The notes under the pieces: model-generated
What the model was told of the DNA's origin: nothing
Databases searched by the model: none
Seen by the model: only the letters and a program-made list of their open reading frames with translations
Part shown: positions 49,370-57,598 of the stretch, in pieces
Layout: every line of letters begins with the position of its first letter
Numbering within the stretch: position 1 is the first letter of the stretch
Assembly (NCBI GenBank): GCA_002784465.1
Contig: PFLE01000013.1
Coordinates: 10,972-74,971 of the forward strand
DNA: 64,000 nucleotides
Direction of reading: 5' to 3'
DNA from: Candidatus Shapirobacteria bacterium CG_4_10_14_0_8_um_filter_39_15
GTDB lineage: Bacteria; Patescibacteriota; Microgenomatia; UM-FILTER-39-15
Made by a program: the position numbers and the translations under genes

Positions 49370-50617
49370 ATGATAAAACGGAAGATTTTTAAGGAACTCA
49401 AAGACCATTTAGATAAAAAAGAAATTACCCTGATTGTTGGTCCTCGTCAGGCAGGGAAAACAACTTTGATGGTGCTTTTAAAAGAACACCTGGAAGCTCA
49501 AGGTAAAAAAACAATTTTTTTCAATCTTGATATTGAAGCGGATAAACAACTCTTTGTTTCTCAAGAGCAATTATTGCACAAAATAGCCATAGAAATAGGG
49601 GAGAGTGAAGGCTATGTGTTTATTGACGAAATCCAACGCAAAGAAAACGCCGGGTTGTTTTTAAAAGGATTGTATGACATGAATCTACCATACAAGCTGA
49701 TTGTTTCCGGTTCAGGCTCAGTCGAACTCAAAGAAAAGATCCATGAGTCCTTAGCCGGGAGGAAACGTGTGTTTGAACTTTCAACATTAAGTTTTATTGA
49801 GTTTGTGAATTACAAAACAGAATATAAGTATGAAATCAAGCTTCCAGAATTTTTTGCGATCGAACCAAACCAAACCCAAAGACTATTAGAGGAATATCTG
49901 AGCTATGGTGGCTATCCGCGCGTGATCCTTGAAGACACGGTTGATCGGAAGCGTCGGATTATGGCCGAACTGTATCAAAGTTATTTAGAGCGTGATATTG
50001 TCTCCTTGCTCGGAATTAAAAAGACTGAAAGTTTTACGGCCTTGGTTCAAATTATGGCCTCGCAGGTAGGTAATTTAGTGAATGTAACTGAACTTTCCAA
50101 TACTTTAAATATTTCAACAGTAACCGTCAGTGATTATCTGTGGTATATGCAAAAGACCTTTTTGGTAGATAAGGTTACTCCATATTTCAGGAACATAAGA
50201 AAAGAAATAACCAAAGCTCCAGTATTTTATTTTTATGATTTAGGCATGAGAAATTATGCCCTTGGTACTTTTGGGACAACTCCCATTAGCGATAACGGCT
50301 TTCTGTTTCAAAACTTCATTTACCATTTGCTTAAAAATAAAACTCAAGACTCCTCGGCTCGGGTTCACTATTGGAGAACGACCGATAAGGCAGAAGTAGA
50401 TTTTGTGATAGATAAAGTTCAGGAAGTTATTCCGATTGAAGTGAAGTATAAAAAGCTGTCAGAGACGGAGACAACAAGGTCATTTCAAAACTTCCTTTCG
50501 AAGTATCAACCCAAACTAGGGTATGTTATTCATCTGGGGAAAGAGAGCAAAGAAAGAGTAGGAAATACAGAAATTGCCTTTTTGCCTTATTCTCAATTCC
50601 TTTTTCAAGATTTATAG
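49370..50617 (+). CDS. AAA_14 + DUF4143 ATPase
   Basis: GPRQAGKTT, DEIQ, SGSGS, FYDLG, EVDF..PIEVK. Confidence 0.85.
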   Translation: MIKRKIFKELKDHLDKKEITLIVGPRQAGKTTLMVLLKEHLEAQGKKTIFFNLDIEADKQLFVSQEQLLHKIAIEIGESEGYVFIDEIQRKENAGLFLKGLYDMNLPYKLIVSGSGSVELKEKIHESLAGRKRVFELSTLSFIEFVNYKTEYKYEIKLPEFFAIEPNQTQRLLEEYLSYGGYPRVILEDTVDRKRRIMAELYQSYLERDIVSLLGIKKTESFTALVQIMASQVGNLVNVTELSNTLNISTVTVSDYLWYMQKTFLVDKVTPYFRNIRKEITKAPVFYFYDLGMRNYALGTFGTTPISDNGFLFQNFIYHLLKNKTQDSSARVHYWRTTDKAEVDFVIDKVQEVIPIEVKYKKLSETETTRSFQNFLSKYQPKLGYVIHLGKESKERVGNTEIAFLPYSQFLFQDL

Positions 50618-50670
50618 CATTCGTCTCCTCGAATGATTTTTCTCCCTTTTACGACTAAATAATTACCAGT

Positions 50671-51816
50671 ATGAAGAATATTGTTGTCTTAGGTTCAACC
50701 GGTTCGGTTGGGAAACAGACATTGGAAGTGGTTGAAGCCCATCCGGAAGAATTTAAAGTTGTTGGATTAGGCTGTAATTCTAATATCGATTTGTTAAGGC
50801 AACAGGCGGACAAGTATAAACCGGATTGGTTGGCGGTTAGTGATGAAAAAAAAGGCCGTCAACTTTCCGTGAAATTGGCAAACAAAAAAATCAAAGTCTT
50901 TTTTGGTGAAGATTCCTTGTCTCGAATTGCCGTTCACCCAAAGGCAGAAATGGTGGTCGTGGCGGTGATGGGAGCGGCCGGAATAAAGCCAACCCTGATG
51001 GCGATCAGGGCAAGAAAAGACATTGCCCTGGCGACCAAAGAAGTAATGGTCGCGGCCGGTGATTTAGTTAACGAAGAAGTGAAGAAAAATAAAATTAATT
51101 TAATTCCGGTTGATTCGGAACACAGCGCCATTTTTCAGTGTTTGCATTATGACGATCGGAAGGAAGTCGGCAAAATTTATTTAACCTGTTCGGGCGGGGC
51201 ATTCCGCGGTAAAAAAAGATGCGATTTGGAAAATGTTAAACCAAAAGACGCCTTAAGGCACCCGAATTGGAAAATGGGCGCCAAAATTACCATTGACTGC
51301 GCGACATTGATGAATAAAGGCTTGGAAATGATTGAAGCCCAAAAACTTTTTGGGTTGGCAATTAACCAGGTGGAAATAGTTTTGCATCCCCAAAGCGTAA
51401 TTCACTCTATGGTAGAATTTGTGGATGGCAATATCATTGCCCAGCTTGGACCGGCGGATATGCGTTTTCCGATTCGTTACGCCTTGGCTTTTCCGAAAAG
51501 ATTAAAAAATCATTTTACTTTTCTTAACCCTTTTACTACCCCGCAAATGAATTTTTCATCCCCTGATTGGGAAACTTTTGAATGTTTATCCTTGGCTAAA
51601 AAGGCGGCCGAAATCGGAGGGACAATGCCGGCGGTTTTAAATGCCGCGGATGAAATCGCGGTTGGTCTTTTCCTGCAAAATAAAATCAAATTTCTGGAAA
51701 TTCCCAGGTTGGTTAAGAAAATAATGGAAAATCACCGGGTGATTAATCAGCCAACACTGGAAGAAGTTTTTCAGGCCGATGACTGGGCGAGAAAACAAAC
51801 CAGTGGTATGATATAG
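50671..51816 (+). CDS. dxr: 1-deoxy-D-xylulose-5-phosphate reductoisomerase
   Basis: LGSTGSVG, PVDSEHSA, HPNWKMGAKITID, MNKGLE, HPQSVIHS, DMRFPI. Confidence 0.95.
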   Translation: MKNIVVLGSTGSVGKQTLEVVEAHPEEFKVVGLGCNSNIDLLRQQADKYKPDWLAVSDEKKGRQLSVKLANKKIKVFFGEDSLSRIAVHPKAEMVVVAVMGAAGIKPTLMAIRARKDIALATKEVMVAAGDLVNEEVKKNKINLIPVDSEHSAIFQCLHYDDRKEVGKIYLTCSGGAFRGKKRCDLENVKPKDALRHPNWKMGAKITIDCATLMNKGLEMIEAQKLFGLAINQVEIVLHPQSVIHSMVEFVDGNIIAQLGPADMRFPIRYALAFPKRLKNHFTFLNPFTTPQMNFSSPDWETFECLSLAKKAAEIGGTMPAVLNAADEIAVGLFLQNKIKFLEIPRLVKKIMENHRVINQPTLEEVFQADDWARKQTSGMI

Positions 51817-51818
51817 GG

Positions 51819-52307
51819 GTGATTGACAAGATTGATCAGGCAAAATTATTAAATTTTATTAAAAGCAAGGTTGGAGATAACGACGAAGTTGAAGAAATTT
51901 ATCAGGAAACTTTAATTTCGGCTTATGAATCATTGGGGCGTTTTTCAGGAAGATCGACAATTTTTACCTGGTTGGTGAGTATCGCCAGACACGAAATCGG
52001 TGATTATTATCGAAAAAGGAAAATTAAAATTTTTCTTTTTTCTCACCTTCCCTGGTTGGAAAATCTAGCGACCGAGGCCTTAGGTCCGGAGCAGGAACTA
52101 TTAAAAAAAGAATTACAAACAAGAGTAATAAGGGTGATGGGGGAAATAAGGGAGGAATATCGACAAGTCCTAAAATTAAAATATTATGAAGGATTCTCGG
52201 TTTTGGAAATTGCGCAAAAATTAAATGAAAATACAAAAACAATTGAATCAAGACTTTTCCGGGCCCGGGTCTCTTTTGCTAAAACTTTCACTGCTGACCG
52301 CGGTTAA
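51819..52307 (+). CDS. ECF-type RNA polymerase sigma factor
   Basis: EEIYQET, FTWLVSIAR, GFSVLEIA..TIESRLFRAR. Confidence 0.85.
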   Translation: MIDKIDQAKLLNFIKSKVGDNDEVEEIYQETLISAYESLGRFSGRSTIFTWLVSIARHEIGDYYRKRKIKIFLFSHLPWLENLATEALGPEQELLKKELQTRVIRVMGEIREEYRQVLKLKYYEGFSVLEIAQKLNENTKTIESRLFRARVSFAKTFTADRG

Positions 52308-52482
52308 AGAAAGCTATTTGTTTTTGGCCAATCTTTACGGTTTTCTTTTTCACCCCCAAAAAACCTTAAGAAAAATTATGGCTGACCGGTCGCAATTCGG
52401 ACTTTTTGCGGCCAGCGGTTTTGGCTTGATTCTGTTTTTTGCCTTCTTAGCCTTTCTTTTTTACTGGTTTTTTGTAAAATGA
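52225..52482 (+). CDS. Small membrane protein (start uncertain)
   Basis: Fills the gap between sigma and uppS with overlaps; C-terminal TM. Confidence 0.45.
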   Translation: MKIQKQLNQDFSGPGSLLLKLSLLTAVKESYLFLANLYGFLFHPQKTLRKIMADRSQFGLFAASGFGLILFFAFLAFLFYWFFVK

Positions 52483-53207
52483 CAATGAAAATGGAAAACA
52501 TTCCGACACATGTGGCGATTATTATGGATGGCAACCGCCGTTGGGCGGCCAAAAACGGTTTAGGGGCCGTGGCGGGCCATGAGAGGGCGGCCAAAAAGGC
52601 AATTGAACCGTTGGTAGAACGAGCCGCCAAAATGGGAATTTCCTATCTTACTTTTTGGGCGTTTTCAACCGAGAACTGGAAGAGAGACAAACAAGAGGTT
52701 GAGGGTTTGTTTAGAATTTTCCGCGAGGTTTTAGGCGATAAGATTGATTGGTTAAATGAAAAAGGAGTTAAGGTTCGGTATATTGGGGATATTGAAAAAT
52801 TTCCGGCTGATATTTGCGATAAAGTGAAACAAGGAATTGAAAAAACCAAAAATAATACCGCGATTACGGTTTCTTTTGCCTTAAATTACGGCGGCCGGGA
52901 TGAAATTTTAAGAGCGATCAAAAAAGTCCTAGCCGCGGGTGTTACCGACGGAGAATTAACCGAGGAAAGATTTTCCCAATTTTTGGATACGGCGGGTATT
53001 CCTGATCCTGATTTAATTATCCGAACCGGCGGCCAACTCCGTTTGTCCGGCTATCTTCCCTGGCAAAGCATTTATGCCGAGCTTTATTTTACCCCGGTTT
53101 TGTTTCCGGATTTTAGTCCAGCGGAATTTGATAAGGCGATTGAGGAATATCAGCAAAGAACAAGAAGGTTTGGGGGGGGAAAGTTTAAAGACTATAAAAA
53201 GAAGTGA
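52479..53207 (+). CDS. uppS: Undecaprenyl diphosphate synthase
   Basis: HVAIIMDGNRRWA, AFSTENWKR, NYGGRDEI, DLIIRTGG..RLSG. Confidence 0.95.
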   Translation: MTMKMENIPTHVAIIMDGNRRWAAKNGLGAVAGHERAAKKAIEPLVERAAKMGISYLTFWAFSTENWKRDKQEVEGLFRIFREVLGDKIDWLNEKGVKVRYIGDIEKFPADICDKVKQGIEKTKNNTAITVSFALNYGGRDEILRAIKKVLAAGVTDGELTEERFSQFLDTAGIPDPDLIIRTGGQLRLSGYLPWQSIYAELYFTPVLFPDFSPAEFDKAIEEYQQRTRRFGGGKFKDYKKK

Positions 53208-53209
53208 AT

Positions 53210-53760
53210 CAGCACACAAGAGCACTAGTACGTCAGAACACCAGAGCGCTGGAAACTAGTACACTGGTGCACTAGATCACCAGATCACTAGTACTCTAGG
53301 ATAGGATTATGAACGAAGATGCTTCTTACAAAAAACTAATAATTTGGCAAAAGGCCGATCTTTTTGCTAGAGAAATCTATAAAGTCACAGTATTTTTTCC
53401 CAAAGATGAAATATATGGTTTAACCTCCCAGATACGAAGAGCTGTTCTCTCCGTTGTTCTTAATATTATTGAAGGTTATGCAAGAAATAATAAGAAAGAA
53501 TTTAAGAATTTTTTAAGGATTGCTTATGCTTCGTTGGTTGAGGTTGAATATTTGCTCGAATTTTCATCTGTTAGAGGCTACATAACGAAAGAAAAATATT
53601 TTTTTCTTAATGGTTTAAGAGACGAATGTGGAAAAATTCTTTGGAAGTTTATGCTTTCCCAAAAATAGCGATTTATTATCCTGGCGTACTAGTGTACTAG
53701 TGTTCTGGAGTACTCGTTTGTTGGTTCTGGTGTACTGGCTCACTAGTGTTCTAGTGTACT
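53210..53760. mobile_element. Putative cassette: 8-nt-unit inverted arms (53210-53300, 53681-53760) around a four helix bundle gene
   Basis: Left units NNGNNCNC (e.g. tagtacac), right units GNGNNCNN (e.g. gtgtacta); fills the whole gap between two convergent stops. Confidence 0.65.
53309..53668 (+). CDS. Four helix bundle protein (IVS/Avd-like), copy 3
   Basis: YKKLIIWQKA, FPKDEIYGLTSQIRRA..SV..NI.EG, FLRIAYASL.E. Confidence 0.92.
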   Translation: MNEDASYKKLIIWQKADLFAREIYKVTVFFPKDEIYGLTSQIRRAVLSVVLNIIEGYARNNKKEFKNFLRIAYASLVEVEYLLEFSSVRGYITKEKYFFLNGLRDECGKILWKFMLSQK

Positions 53761-54253
53761 AAAACAATCCGGTACTTAACCCCAGAATTTTCTCCATAAT
53801 CTGGGTAATCCAGAAGGCACAGAAAATGATCAGAAAACCGATTAAGGCACCGGTTAATTTGCCTTTGGCCGAAGCGGCCGCTTTTGGATCGCCGGCGCTA
53901 ACCATCAATTGAAAACCTCCGGCAATCAGCATTAACAGTAAAATAATTCCGGCCAATCCAAAAATCCAGGGAAGTAAAAGGGAAACGATGGCGCCAATGC
54001 TGGTGAATTGTGGATTAAAATTGGGAACACTGATTCCATGAAAAGAGGTGCTATTTGGAACACAACAGAATCTAGGTCCACGGGCAACGGCCTGGCAATC
54101 CATTTTCCCATTATTGGTTTCCCCAAATGGGTTACATACAGTTTTACAAATCCCATAAATGGCAGTACAATCATTTCCGTTGACCGCAAAAATATTGTTT
54201 GGTGAAATAAAAAGGGAAAGAAAAATAAATAAAAAGATAATTTTTTTTAGCAT
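53759..54253 (-). CDS. VirB2/TrbC-like pilin with N-terminal six-Cys domain
   Basis: Signal peptide; C-x6-C-x3-C-x12-C-x9-CC; GGFQLMVSAGDPK..AKGKLTGALIGF. Confidence 0.75.
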   Translation of the reverse strand: MLKKIIFLFIFLSLFISPNNIFAVNGNDCTAIYGICKTVCNPFGETNNGKMDCQAVARGPRFCCVPNSTSFHGISVPNFNPQFTSIGAIVSLLLPWIFGLAGIILLLMLIAGGFQLMVSAGDPKAAASAKGKLTGALIGFLIIFCAFWITQIMEKILGLSTGLF

Positions 54254-54257
54254 TTTT

Positions 54258-54761
54258 TTACAATCCAGGTATTCCTAAAATATCCATTCCAATTAATCTT
54301 AACAAAAAGACTGAAAAAATGATTAGTAAAAGTCCGGTTAAAGCCGAGGTAATGGTTTCCTTGCCGGCCTGAATGCTTTTTGGGTCACCACCAGAAGCCA
54401 TAATTTGGAAAGTGCCGAAAAGCATTAATAAAAAAGCAATTCCGCCGCCAATCCCAACAGCTAACCCTAAAATGTTAGTAATAAAATTGGTTGGGTTGAA
54501 AGTATCAATACAGCCAATGGCGGTTTTAAGGCCGGCGGGACCACTTGAAGTGGTACAACTAGAACTGTCAGGGTTGGCATCCACACAGCAAACATGATTG
54601 CCTGGAGCACAAGTTCCGACCGAATGCTCGGTGTTATCACAAGTGAACTTACAGATTCCATCACCTCCGTGACAAGTAACGACCGCGCGGGCCGTATTAT
54701 AAAAAAAAGAAAAACAAAGTGTTGCAGCAATAAAAACACCAAAAAGAAAAAACTTCTTCAT
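54258..54761 (-). CDS. VirB2/TrbC-like pilin with N-terminal beta-defensin-spaced domain
   Basis: C-x6-C-x3-C-x9-C-x6-CC; TAIGCI; ASGGDPK..GKETITSALTGL. Confidence 0.75.
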   Translation of the reverse strand: MKKFFLFGVFIAATLCFSFFYNTARAVVTCHGGDGICKFTCDNTEHSVGTCAPGNHVCCVDANPDSSSCTTSSGPAGLKTAIGCIDTFNPTNFITNILGLAVGIGGGIAFLLMLFGTFQIMASGGDPKSIQAGKETITSALTGLLLIIFSVFLLRLIGMDILGIPGL

Positions 54762-54805
54762 TAATTTTAGTTTAGCATACTCTGGTGGAATTTAACAACT
54801 AAAGA

Positions 54806-54930
54806 GTAAGAAGATCAGTTGAACAGAAAATCAGGTTAAGAAAACAGAGAGCAGAGAACTGTTAATTCAATATTGCCGATATTCTGATCTCCGATAATCT
54901 TTTCCTGATATACTGGTCTACTGATTTACC
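54806..54930. repeat. Palindromic element copy E
   Basis: aaatcaggttaagaaaacagagagcag...cctgatatactggtctactgatttac; same orientation as copy C. Confidence 0.85.
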
Positions 54931-54953
54931 ATTAACTGTTATAATTACACAAG

Positions 54954-56711
54954 ATGAAACTTCGCCGCCCAATTTTTATTTTACTGGTTGTCTTGTGTAC
55001 TAGTTCACTAGTGCACTGGTACACTAGTACATCAGTACGCGCCCTCTCTCCCGATTGCAGCCAGCCTGCTTCTAATATTCCGCCGGATAAATGGGAGACT
55101 TGCCGTTTGGAATACGAAAAAGAAGCAGATCTATTGGGCTCGGCCAATGCGACCAATCGGGAAGAACTGACCAGTCTGCAAAAACAGTTGACCAGTCTAA
55201 GTCAAAGAATCAAAGCCTTGGGAAATCAGATTGATTCATTGAGTAAAGATATTACCAATCGTGAAGTGGACATTGGGGTTCAGGAAAAACTTCTTTCTGC
55301 CAGAATCCGCGATTATTATATTAAAAGCCATTATTTTTCACCCCTATTGATCTTTTTTTCTTCCAAAACCGCCACCGATTTATCAAGGGAATTAAGTTTG
55401 CGCAACGCGGTGATGACTAATGACAAAAACGCGATTTTATCCCTTTCCCAAAAAGTGACCCAATTAACCAGTGACAAAACCACGGTTCAAAAAAACAAAG
55501 ATTCTTTAACCGCTTTGGCCAAAAAAGTTGACGACCGGGCGACTTTTTTACAAGGGGAAGTTAAAAAAACGGAATCATATTTAGCGGCCTTAAGCGCCAA
55601 ACAACAAGAGTTGATTGCCTTAAAGGCGGGCGGATTTTCGACCTCTGTCGGAGATGTCCCGCCGGCCGATGATCCGGCTTCCCGGCCCGATTATAATCCG
55701 GGTTTTTCTCCGGCATTTGCCGCTTTTTCTTTTGGCGCGCCTCACCGGAAAGGAATGAGTCAATACGGCGCTTTTGGCCGAGCTAAGCTCGGTCAATCGG
55801 TTGAAGATATTTTGCATGCTTATTACGGCGGGGGAATTGAAATTAAAAAAGATTATTCCAATGAAACGATCGTGCTTGGTAGATATAATTCTCAGGGTAA
55901 GTTAATTTGCGATCAAGGATCTGTTGATTTAGAAACGTATGCAAAACGGATTTATGAAATGCCCGGATCTTGGGGAGATAGTGGTGGCATGGAAGCACTC
56001 AAGGCCCAGGCCGTCGCAGCAAGATCGTACGGTTTAGCTGCAGTAAAAGGGAGCGGTTGTATTTGCATGACCGAAGCCTGCCAGGTTTACAAACCGGCGA
56101 ACAAAGGCGGTAAATGGGACGAAGCGGTTAACGTCACCCGCGGTTGGGTATTAATGGCCAACGGCCAGCCTTTTTCGGCCTGGTATGCGTCAACGGCCGG
56201 CGGCTATACTTTTTCTTATACCGGTAATGGTTATTCAACGCCCGGTTTATGGGATACGACCGGCGGTCGAGGAGCTTGGACAGATGGCGCTTATGAAAAA
56301 CTGGCCGGATCGCCCTGGTTTTATAAAGCCTGGTATCGGGTGAGAAGCGGCGATGTTTGCGGCGGCCGGAATCATCCCTGGCTAACATCTTCAGACATGG
56401 CTGATATTCTGAATGCCTGGAAAGTTTTATTTCAAGGCGGCGGTGATGCCGGCCGAATTTTTCCACCTGACAATTGCGGCGGGGGCAATCCTTATTCCAT
56501 AAGCGAATTGCAGACGATCGGCGGTTTTACCGGCGTTTCCGGCGTTTCCCAAGTAATTTATGGCGATAACGGCTCAACCATTTCCGTCAGCCTAGTAACC
56601 AATAAAGGAGAAGTGAAAATTACTGGTGAAGAATTCAAAAAGGCCTTTAACTTGCGGGCGCCGGGCAATATCGGTATCAAGAGCTCACTTTTTAATCTGG
56701 TTAAAAAATGA
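54954..56711 (+). CDS. Coiled-coil + SpoIID/LytB domain cell-wall hydrolase
   Basis: H..GMSQYGA, IL.AYY, EMP.SW..EALKAQAVAARSY, CQVY. Confidence 0.85.
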   Translation: MKLRRPIFILLVVLCTSSLVHWYTSTSVRALSPDCSQPASNIPPDKWETCRLEYEKEADLLGSANATNREELTSLQKQLTSLSQRIKALGNQIDSLSKDITNREVDIGVQEKLLSARIRDYYIKSHYFSPLLIFFSSKTATDLSRELSLRNAVMTNDKNAILSLSQKVTQLTSDKTTVQKNKDSLTALAKKVDDRATFLQGEVKKTESYLAALSAKQQELIALKAGGFSTSVGDVPPADDPASRPDYNPGFSPAFAAFSFGAPHRKGMSQYGAFGRAKLGQSVEDILHAYYGGGIEIKKDYSNETIVLGRYNSQGKLICDQGSVDLETYAKRIYEMPGSWGDSGGMEALKAQAVAARSYGLAAVKGSGCICMTEACQVYKPANKGGKWDEAVNVTRGWVLMANGQPFSAWYASTAGGYTFSYTGNGYSTPGLWDTTGGRGAWTDGAYEKLAGSPWFYKAWYRVRSGDVCGGRNHPWLTSSDMADILNAWKVLFQGGGDAGRIFPPDNCGGGNPYSISELQTIGGFTGVSGVSQVIYGDNGSTISVSLVTNKGEVKITGEEFKKAFNLRAPGNIGIKSSLFNLVKK

Positions 56712-56723
56712 TATCATTGGAAT

Positions 56724-57305
56724 ATGCCGGATGTCTATGTTGCTCCACAAGCGAAATTGCCGATAAGGGTTGACAATTTAACCCTTAATCCGATCGGATT
56801 AAATTTTGAAACCAGAGACGATACCGAGGAAGTAGTTTTGCTCCTGCGAAGACACGTTATTACAAACATTCCCTGGATCATCATTGCGATTATTATGTTA
56901 TTTGCCCCGTTGGTTCTCTCTTTCTTTCCGCTTCTAAGCTTTTTACCGCTTCGTTTTCAGTTTATGGCAACAATTATCTGGTATTTATTAACCACCGCTT
57001 TTATTTTTGAAAATTTTTTAAGCTGGTATTTTAATGTATATCTGGTAACCAATGAACGGATTATTGATTATGATTTTTTCAACCTTCTATACAAAAACAC
57101 CTCTGATGCGGAATTAAATAAAATCCAAGATATTAATGTCCAAATGGGAGGATTATCGCAAACCTTATTTAACTATGGTACGGTGTTAATTGAAACCGCT
57201 GGTGAAATCCCCAATTTGGAGTTTGATTTGGTTCCTAATCCGGCTTACGTTGTAAAGGTAATAAGAGAATTAGAAGATCAGATCCCACCCGGAGGAAATT
57301 TATGA
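56724..57305 (+). CDS. Membrane protein with bacterial PH (bPH_2) domain
   Basis: LLRRH, two TMs, Y.VTNERII, IQDI, FNYGTV.IETAG. Confidence 0.75.
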   Translation: MPDVYVAPQAKLPIRVDNLTLNPIGLNFETRDDTEEVVLLLRRHVITNIPWIIIAIIMLFAPLVLSFFPLLSFLPLRFQFMATIIWYLLTTAFIFENFLSWYFNVYLVTNERIIDYDFFNLLYKNTSDAELNKIQDINVQMGGLSQTLFNYGTVLIETAGEIPNLEFDLVPNPAYVVKVIRELEDQIPPGGNL

Positions 57306-57538
57306 ATTCAAATGATTTTCTGACGATGTTTTTAAATGCTCAAATTTGGTTGGTTGTTAAATTATTTGTAATTTTGGCTTTATTAATTTATCTTATTTTT
57401 GCCATTGTGATTATTCGTCAGGTGGATTTAATGACCAAGGCGATTAATTTTTCCCTGGATGGTATTTTAAAAATCATCGCGGTAATTCATTTTGTTGGAG
57501 CAATCGTGATTTTCCTGGTGGCTTTAATTGTTCTCTAG
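57302..57538 (+). CDS. Small two-TM protein (DUF5657-like)
   Basis: Y.IFAIVIIRQV.LM motif. Confidence 0.6.
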   Translation: MNSNDFLTMFLNAQIWLVVKLFVILALLIYLIFAIVIIRQVDLMTKAINFSLDGILKIIAVIHFVGAIVIFLVALIVL

Positions 57539-57598
57539 GTTGGTTATAGACATCACGTTTCGGATTAAATGTGATGTATATATAAAATCGTATTTTAT

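Noticed and set aside
53172-53179. G8 tract near the uppS end as a phase-variation site
   Set aside because: It encodes the conserved RRFGG terminus in frame; no evidence of slippage.
57546-57582. CATCAC...GTGATG inverted repeats (also ~5195-5220) as a shared operator
   Set aside because: Spacing differs between the two sites and no cognate regulator is evident; too weak to call.
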